This document shows, piece by piece, positions 34,361 to 41,132 of a DNA stretch of 41,132 nt. Under the pieces are notes generated by a model. It ran no database searches and had not been told where the DNA came from. It saw only the letters and a list, made by a program, of their open reading frames with translations. How positions within the stretch are numbered: position 1 is the first letter of the stretch; each line of letters starts with the position of its first letter. The DNA lies in the NCBI RefSeq assembly GCF_004010195.1, contig NC_057718.1:35311777-35352908 (forward strand), given 5' to 3'. The translations under genes were made by a program, and so were the position numbers. Origin of the DNA: Chiloscyllium plagiosum (lineage: Eukaryota).

Positions 34361-34757
34361 AATTACTCAGTGTGATTCTTAAAAAATGCTGTTCAGTTGG
34401 TTAGAAATTCGACACACCTGAACACACCGACTTTTCAATCGGTGCGCTGCTTATTGTGCAGCATAGATGTTTAAGGAGGATTTATTTAACACAGTCAAGA
34501 TGTTAATTTGGGATATTTTATGACAAATTAATTTCTATTAAATTTTAGGGAGCTTGTTCCCAGGGAAATTTTGGGGGGCTATTGCAGAATGACCCTTTCG
34601 ATGCTTTTCTTTAAAGTAAACATCTGAACGCAGAAGTTGGTAGGTTTCTAAAACACACAGTCAAACCTCCTCCAGCCACTTAGAAGTAACAGGCATCATA
34701 ACAAATATAATTGCCATGATTTACAAAATCATTTTAAAAAGACTTGCTAATTTTTCA

Positions 34758-34848
34758 GAGTGGAAAATGTGTTGCTGGAAAAGCGCAGCAGGGCAGGCAG
34801 CATCCAAGGAACAGGAGAATCGACGTTTCGGGCATAAACCCTTCTTCA
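34758..34848 (-). mobile_element. Young PLE terminal fragment ending inside its hammerhead core
   Basis: gtgttgctggaaaagcgcagcagggcaggcagcatccaaggaacaggagaatcgacgtttcgggcataaacccttcttca; CpGs retained. Confidence 0.85.
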
Positions 34849-35519
34849 AAACCAAGTTAAACATTCCAGTGATTCTTTAGGCCATATTTATGTACTCTAA
34901 CTGACTTAAACAATTACAATAATCAACTTGTGCAATGCCTTTGTTTCATTTATGTCTAGTTGTGCTTTTTACAAAGCAGGTTTATTTAATCAATAAATGC
35001 TAATGACCACTGGAGGGTTTGCTTGGGGGAGTTCCTGTGTCACAGAGTACAGGGTATCTGAATCAACATGCACTTAATTACAATGACAAGGTTGTTGAAC
35101 CGCCCGAGTTAATAAGTATATTTACTGATATTAACTGAGTTTCTCTCCACTGTCCACTGATCTCTGATTACACATTGGAATAAAAACTCCCACCTCCTGA
35201 CCTCAGTACAGGTTTGAGCTATGAAACTATAGATTCTTATCAAGCTGGTTGAAACAGGCTAAGATGAGTACCTTTGACCTCTTCTGACGAAGGAGACAAT
35301 ATCAGTGCAGGGACTTACTTAGGGAAGATAAAAAAGCAAGCAGATTTTATTTACTTCAGATCAATTATACAGATGTTACATGAGAAATAAAGCCTCAAGA
35401 TAACTGTACAAGTATACTATCTACAATTAGTATTAACGACAACATAGGTGAAGATTATTTGGTGCATTGTACTTACACTGGACCTTAGAAGGGAAAGTCA
35501 TGCTTAGTCTCACTCCCTC

Positions 35520-36080
35520 ACGTTTTATCCATAATCCTTACACTAAGTTTTCTCTCCAATTCCCTTTTAATATCTTTTATTGAATCAACCACTTTCCAAG
35601 TAGAGAATGCTAGATCCGAGCAACTCCCTTCAACCCACCACTTTCTGCCAATCATTTTAAATTCATGGTCTCTGAATTTAACCCAACTCACCAGAGAGAG
35701 CAGGGTTTTTTTACAGTATTCTGGTTAAAAAATCTCATCATTTTGAAAGCCTTGATTCAGTCGCCTCTTAACCAGCTCTGCTATAAGGACAACAGTAGTA
35801 ACATTTTAAAAAAAAATTCCTGGATAACATCCTGATAATTCCTCTCAAAAGCTTTACATTTTGTCTGAAATGTGATGTGGAGATTTATCCACAATGTTCC
35901 AGCTAGCCAGTAAAGGACAATGTTTTAGAATGATTATTTTGCTTTTATATTCTATAGCTTTACTTGTGAATCTGAGTAACCAACTTTCCACTTTGACCAC
36001 CTTTTTACCTTGCTCTGCCAACATTAGGGATTTGTATATACAGGTAATCAAGTCTCTCTGTTTATTTACACCTTTCTGAA
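35520..36080 (-). mobile_element. CR1 LINE 3' fragment (decayed)
   Basis: Minus translation IYKSLMLAEQGKKVVK...LRFTSKAIEYKSKIIILK is CR1 ORF2 C-terminal-like. Confidence 0.65.
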
Positions 36081-36384
36081 TCTACTTCTAGCACTCTTGT
36101 CTTCCTGGAGTTTGTGCTTGAGTAACTAGTAGCACTTCCTGCACACATGGTTATCCATAATGCATGAAATGTCTAGATGTTCCTACCTAGCACAGCATGA
36201 AAGAGAACTACACTGATCTAGTGAATCCACTAGTCTCTAAATCATTGAAACACTGGCAAAATACTGACTTCTGAGATACTGACCTATAAAACTTAAGCGA
36301 CTGATCTCTGAGTAACTTACGTCTAAACATTTGAAATATTAAAATAATAGTAAAAGGTTAAGTCATCACATGTTGCATTTTCCC

Positions 36385-36545
36385 ATTAGACAGAGATGAC
36401 TGGTAGTAGTCTCCATACCTCAGGCAAGGGGCAAGGTTGAGAAGGAGAGTGCTTCATGGTAATTTCCGTTGGAATGGGAAATCACTCTGACAGCATCACT
36501 CTGCATTGCAAACCAGGCATCCATCCAACTGAGCTAACCAACACC
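36385..36545 (-). mobile_element. tRNA-derived SINE (third family)
   Basis: Reverse complement ttggttagctcagttggatggatgcctggtttgcaatgcagagtgatgc (tRNA-like A box) ...ccatgaagcactctccttctcaaccttgccccttgcctgagg. Confidence 0.7.
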
Positions 36546-37131
36546 CTGAAAATAATTTTTTAAAAAACAATAATGGTGTTACCTGAAATCACCGGAATTG
36601 CTAAATATCAATCTAGAATAGAATGGGAAGTTAGTTTCAAGTGAATTGCTAACAACAGCTAAAAACAGCAATTCAATGAAGCATTATAACAAATGTACCA
36701 ATCCATTCCCTCGGCTGTGCCACCACTTTTGAATTTCTTTCCCAATGTTCCTTGCTCAGCTTTCACTCTGAATTACTGAGATGAGCCCTCTCGCTGGCTC
36801 TCCCATATCGCACTGACCAGCCACTTCTCCCAATTCAATCTTTTGGCCAATTTCATTACTTCTTGTCAAACTGTCTCTTTCCATTCTCACTAATTGTCTA
36901 CATTTCACTGATTCTCTCTGCTTTCACTGACACATTCTGTTCCCATTGACTCTTGCTCTCTGCTCCCATTGACTCTCACTTGTACAGTAGGTTATCATCG
37001 ACTCTCATTAACACTCTTTTCTCATGGACATGTTTCTCAATGGCACTGCTGGTCTCTCAGACTCTCTCAACTCTCACTGACACTGTCTGTACTCTTGTGA
37101 ATGATATAAAGTGGCTGGAAGAAATATAAGA

Positions 37132-37720
37132 AGAACACTCAGCTTCTTTGTTTTGTTATTGAAGGCCTTTGAGCCACTATATAAAGGCTGAGTATAATCC
37201 TGTCTTTGCCAGGCAACATTTCAGCCACAAGTGGAAAATGTTGCTCAGGAGGTCAATGTCAAGAGCTTAGCGTCCAAGATATGGCTACACTATGGAAAAA
37301 AATACAGCTCAATTACTCACCACAGCTGTGAACATAAGAATTGTGCCTTAAGAACCTGTGCCAATTACTCTCCCTTCACAGTGAAACCACCTTCTTCCCC
37401 TCCATCTCCTCCTTCCTCCAATTAGTTCATCACACAGCCCTTTATTTCCCTCCTGCACAGAAACCCTGCATCTCTTACTCCCTGTTGTAAGCATCACATC
37501 CCTTCGACAGGAGCAAAACATTTTAACTATTGCAGGCACGTTTTCTCAAGACCTTACATACTTTTTTTTCCATGCAGGAGAAGGTTGTGCACAGCATACA
37601 GGAGGAAGTGATAACTGGAGCAGGCTGAGGCCAGTTTCAATCAATGTTTGACCTCTGGTACAGGCCATTATAGGGTGCAGGAGAATCACGGTCGTAGTGA
37701 GTGACAATGCTGGAGCAGCT
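37132..37720 (+). pseudogene. Two-exon Myb/SANT-like gene relic of a Harbinger transposon
   Basis: ENVAQEVNVKSLASKIWLHYGKKYSSIT resembles WE.VA.EVNARSLAPRTW.QCRKKFNDLT; after the acceptor ttttttttccatgcag (ends 37577), EKVVHSIQEEVITGAG resembles EK.AHN.RE...TGGG. Confidence 0.65.
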
Positions 37721-38229
37721 GTCACAAAGGAGTCAAGAACTCTGACTTGCAGAACTTAAATACATTAATGGAGTGATCAGCTGCCTGAATATAATAATGG
37801 TGTCTGCAATGCTGAGATTCTGTTGGCAGCTCCCACTGGTGCTATTGGAGGCTCAGATGGCTGTCAACTTGATTCTTGGAGCTCGGCTGTCAGCAGAGCC
37901 TTCCAGAGCTCCAAAGACCCTGATTACATGCAGAGCTATGGCCTTGCTAAGACACAATCTCAATAGAGAGGTCAGAGCTCCCAATGAATGGCACCTGCTG
38001 TATTCTCCCAGGATGAAAACATGTTCTGCTCCTCTGCCACACACCCTGCCAGTCTCCTTGTGAATGCCACAGAGCCAGAATGTCTCTGCGTTACACTAAG
38101 ACACTACATTCTGCAGCCAGACTCTCAGGACTGAGAACTGATGTGAAACTGGATTGTGTGATGAACTAATTGGAGAAAGGAGGAGATGGAGGGGAAGAAG
38201 ATGGTTCCACTGTGATGGGAGAGTAATTG
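37362..38229. repeat. 75-bp inverted repeat (37362-37436 and 38155-38229)
   Basis: Arms are 71/75 identical by hand comparison; 718-bp spacer. Confidence 0.95.
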
Positions 38230-38535
38230 AGCCTGCCCATTATGTCTATCCAGCATGTTCATATGGACATTCAGTGGCTTTCTGCCTCCCAGGCTCGAGC
38301 CGCATGGACATGTTTTATAATAACATGAATGGAGGCAAATGAGCTCACACAGTAGGGCTTGTACATGAGTGATTCTTACTTATTTGGTAAGTGGTATAGG
38401 TGTTGTTCCAGAGATAAAGAACTATAGTGACTTCCCTGATACAATAATACATAGCAAAGTGGAGATGTCACTGATGTCAGTGGCTCTAGTCTGGAAGGAA
38501 CTCATTAAAGTAGCAATAATGTAGCCAGTAATTGT

Positions 38536-38871
38536 GGGGCAGCATGGTGGGTCAGTGGTTAGCACTGCTGCCTCACAACACCAGGGACCTAGGTTCGATT
38601 ACAGCCTCGGGTGACTGTCTGTGTGGAGTTTGCACATTCTCCCAGTGTCTGTGTGGGTTTCCTCCGGGTGCTCCGATTTCCTCCCACAGTCCAAAGATGT
38701 GCAGGTCAGATGAATTGGCCATGTAAAATTGCCCATAGGATGTGTTAGTTAGGGGTAAATGTAGGGTAATAAGTTTGGGTGGGATACTCTTTAGAGGGTT
38801 GGTGTGCACTTATTGGGCCAAAGCACCTGTCTCCACACTGTAGGGATTCTATGATCTATAGGGATTCTAAT
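38536..38871 (+). mobile_element. HE1 V-SINE with a candidate 6-bp TSD
   Basis: Full head, V-domain and tail; taattg at 38529-38534 and 38872-38877. Confidence 0.92.
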
Positions 38872-38885
38872 TAATTGATAACAAA

Positions 38886-39210
38886 GAGCAGCACGGTGGC
38901 TCAGCGGTTAGCTCTGCTGCCTCACGGTACCAGGGACGCAGGTTCGACTCCAGGCTTGGGTGACTGCATGGAGTTTGCACATTCTCCCCGTGATTGTGTG
39001 GGTTTCCTTCGGGTATTCCAGTTTCCTCCCACGGTCCAAAGATGTGCAGGTTAGGTGGTTTGAGCATGCTAAGTTGCCCTATAGTGTCCGGGGACATGCG
39101 GGCCAAATGGACATGGATAGGGTGGGGGTCTGGGTCTGGATGGGATGCTCTTTAGAGAATGAGTGCAAACTTGATGGGCCAAATGGCCTCTATTTGCACT
39201 GTAGGGACTG
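38886..39210 (+). mobile_element. HE1 V-SINE (older subfamily)
   Basis: gagcagcacggtggctcagcggttagc...ggttcgactcc...gggccaaatggcctctatttgcactgtagggact. Confidence 0.92.
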
Positions 39211-40151
39211 TGTGCTGTCATTCCACCAGCTGCAGCTGATGACATAACTTAATGACGAACACCTCAGTAAAGCAAAGGTACCTCACACATAGCTGCTCCA
39301 TGAGGTTCTGCAACTGCTGCCTGAAGACCCTTAGTGAGCATGGCATTCAAACCAACTGCTCCTGTCCTCGCCCTTATCCGCCAGTCCCAGCAGAATAAAA
39401 GAAAGCAGACAAAGTCAGTCCAAAACCATCAGAAGGTTTTTAGGAGATGGTACATACTTGTTTCAGAATACAGGAAATTAACAACTAAAATGCACAGATG
39501 TTAATGGCAGCCTCAAAGCATAAACAAGCCTGTACAGACTGTATGAACCCTTTTAATATAGCTGGTGTCAGTTAGGTCTTTGCAATCTATTAGCACGAGG
39601 AGTTAACACGATGAGGATGATCTTAAAGCAGACAAGATTTAAATATACCTGTAATGGGCATTTTCAATCTATCAGTAGCGTCTCCTGCTCCTCTGTTGAT
39701 GAGTCAATGCAACATGCTGACCAGAGAAATGGAGTGCTTGTGTGAATATTTTGTATAAATGCATTCCCATTTTTGCATCAAACTTTTGAGTTCATGATCC
39801 AAAACTGTTGATATTTAGGAAGCAAAAGCATATTAAATTGGGAGAGAACAGGAAACACGTTTAATTTCATTTTAAAAACCGATCATGTTCTTAAACAAAC
39901 CAGTGTTTTCATACAGGAATCATTTCTCAAAACCCTTTACCCAGTGTCAGCAGTTGACAACTTCAAATATTTGACCGCAGAATCACTTTAAGGTCTTTTG
40001 AAATTATGATCTATACATAACCACTGAGTTATCAAACTTATGGTTTACAGAGGAGGATAAATCTCTTTTTAAAGTCCTGGGGGTTAGTTAAGGTGACCTC
40101 AGAAAATTCATCAGAAGCCAAGTTTCTGGTATTGAGACTGCCTCTAATGCA

Positions 40152-40684
40152 ATGAGGGGTATGTCGGGTTCCAAGAGATCAATTGTGTTAGGGGATTCTC
40201 TTGTTCGAGGTACAGACAGACGTTTCTGTGGCCAGCAGCAAAAAATCAGAATGGTGTGTTGCTTCCCTGGTGCCAGGCTCAAGGATGTCTCAGAGAGGGT
40301 TCGGAATGTTCTCACAGGGGAGAGGAGCCAGCAAGAGGTCATTGTCCACATTGGAACCAATGACATTGGAAGGGAAAAGCTTGAGATTCTGAAGGGAGAT
40401 TACAGAGAGCTAGGCAGAAATTTAAAAAGGAGGTCCTCGAGAGTAGTAATATCTGGATTACTCCCAGTGCTACGAGCTAGTGAGGGCAGGAATAGAAGGA
40501 TAGAGCAGATGAATGCATGGCTGAGGAGCTGGTGCAGAGGAGAAGGATTCACGTTTTTGGATCATTGGAATCTCTTCTGGGGTAGAAGTGACCTGTACAA
40601 GAAGGATGGATTGCACCTGAATTGAAGGGGACTAATATACTGGCAGGGAGATTTGCTAGAGCTGTTCGGGAGGATTTAAAATAG
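40152..40684 (+). pseudogene. CR1 ORF1 SGNH/GDSL esterase domain with a 1-nt frameshift near its C-terminus
   Basis: Blocks IVLGDSLVRG, CFPGA, VHIGTND, DGLHLN; apparent loss of one G at about 40624 creates TGA, and the other frame continues KGTNILAGRFARAVREDLK* to 40684. Confidence 0.9.
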
Positions 40685-40802
40685 TAAGGTGGGGGGTGGG
40701 ACCCAGGGAGATAGTGAGGAAAGAGATCAATCTGAGACTGGTACAGTTGAGAAAAGAGAGTCAAACAGTCAGGGCAGGCAGGGACAAGATAGGACTAATA
40801 AA

Positions 40803-41132
40803 TTAAATTATTTCAATGCAAGGGGCCTAACAGGGAAGGTAGATGAACTCAGGGCATGGGTAGGAACATGGGACTGGGATATCATAGCAATTACAGAAAC
40901 ATGGCTCAGGGATGGGCAGGACTGGCAGCTTAATGTTCCAGGATACAAATGCTACAGGAAGGATAGAAAGGGAGGCAAGAGAGGAGGGGGAGCGGCATTT
41001 TTGATAAGGGATAGCATTACAGCTGTGCTGAGGGAGGATATTCCCAGAAATACATCCAGGGAAGTTATTTGGGTGGAACTGAGAAATAAGAAAAGGATGA
41101 TCACCTTATTGGGATTGTATTATAGACACCCC
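40803..41132 (+). CDS. CR1 ORF2 N-terminal endonuclease (partial, open to the window end)
   Basis: LNYFNARGLTGKVDELRAW...DIIAITETWL...PGYKCYRKDR..KRGGGAAFLIRD...EVIWVELRNKK..ITLLGLYYRHP; 110 codons with no stop. Confidence 0.88.

Larger units (their letters stand above)
38290..39390 (-). pseudogene. HARBI1-like transposase relic (third copy) interrupted by two HE1 SINEs
   Basis: PCSLRVFRQQLQNLMEQLCVRYLCFTEVFVIKLCHQLQ (about 39225-39340) resembles PYP.RVFR...YL.LSEEQCVRRLRFTKE.V.E.CHLLQ; then SSFQTRATDISDIS/HFAMYYCIREVTIVLY (38415-38500). Confidence 0.75.
40113..41132 (+). mobile_element. Young CR1 LINE, 5'-truncated within ORF1, running off the window end
   Basis: ORF1 esterase followed by ORF2 apurinic-type endonuclease, the standard CR1 order. 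Confidence 0.95.

Noticed and set aside
35283..35310. CUGACGA as a possible hammerhead box
   Set aside because: No stem II followed by GAAA downstream.
36820..37095. Pyrimidine-rich tract with recurring cactga/ttgactct words
   Set aside because: Degenerate low-complexity sequence with only one short 23-bp duplication; no defined structure.

Overview
Repeat-dense eukaryotic DNA with no recognisable host protein-coding exon. The repeat families (HE1-type V-SINEs, HER1/CR1 LINEs, a DeuSINE, Penelope-like elements) point to a cartilaginous fish, probably an orectolobiform shark; this is inferred from remembered family sequences, not from a search. The window holds about 11 HE1 SINEs and three other SINE families. 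It also holds many CR1, L2/CR1-group and RTE LINE fragments, including a young CR1 with an SGNH-esterase ORF1 and an endonuclease running off the right edge. Penelope-like (PLE) fragments, a TA-flanked Tc1/mariner-type MITE and three decayed PIF/Harbinger transposons (Myb/SANT-like gene on +, HARBI1-like transposase on -) complete the picture. Most interesting: (i) an intact minimal type I hammerhead ribozyme inside a TSD-bounded, non-coding PLE-derived insertion (25024-25648), with decayed hammerheads in other PLE copies; (ii) two Harbinger relics about 18.6 kb apart that appear to share the same SINE insertion point; (iii) a perfect 30-bp hairpin and a 75-bp inverted duplication, both suggesting template switching; (iv) an internally inverted LINE; (v) several repeat-free islands that may be conserved enhancers. 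Most short ORFs in the track are TE debris or chance. Boundaries of decayed elements are approximate.
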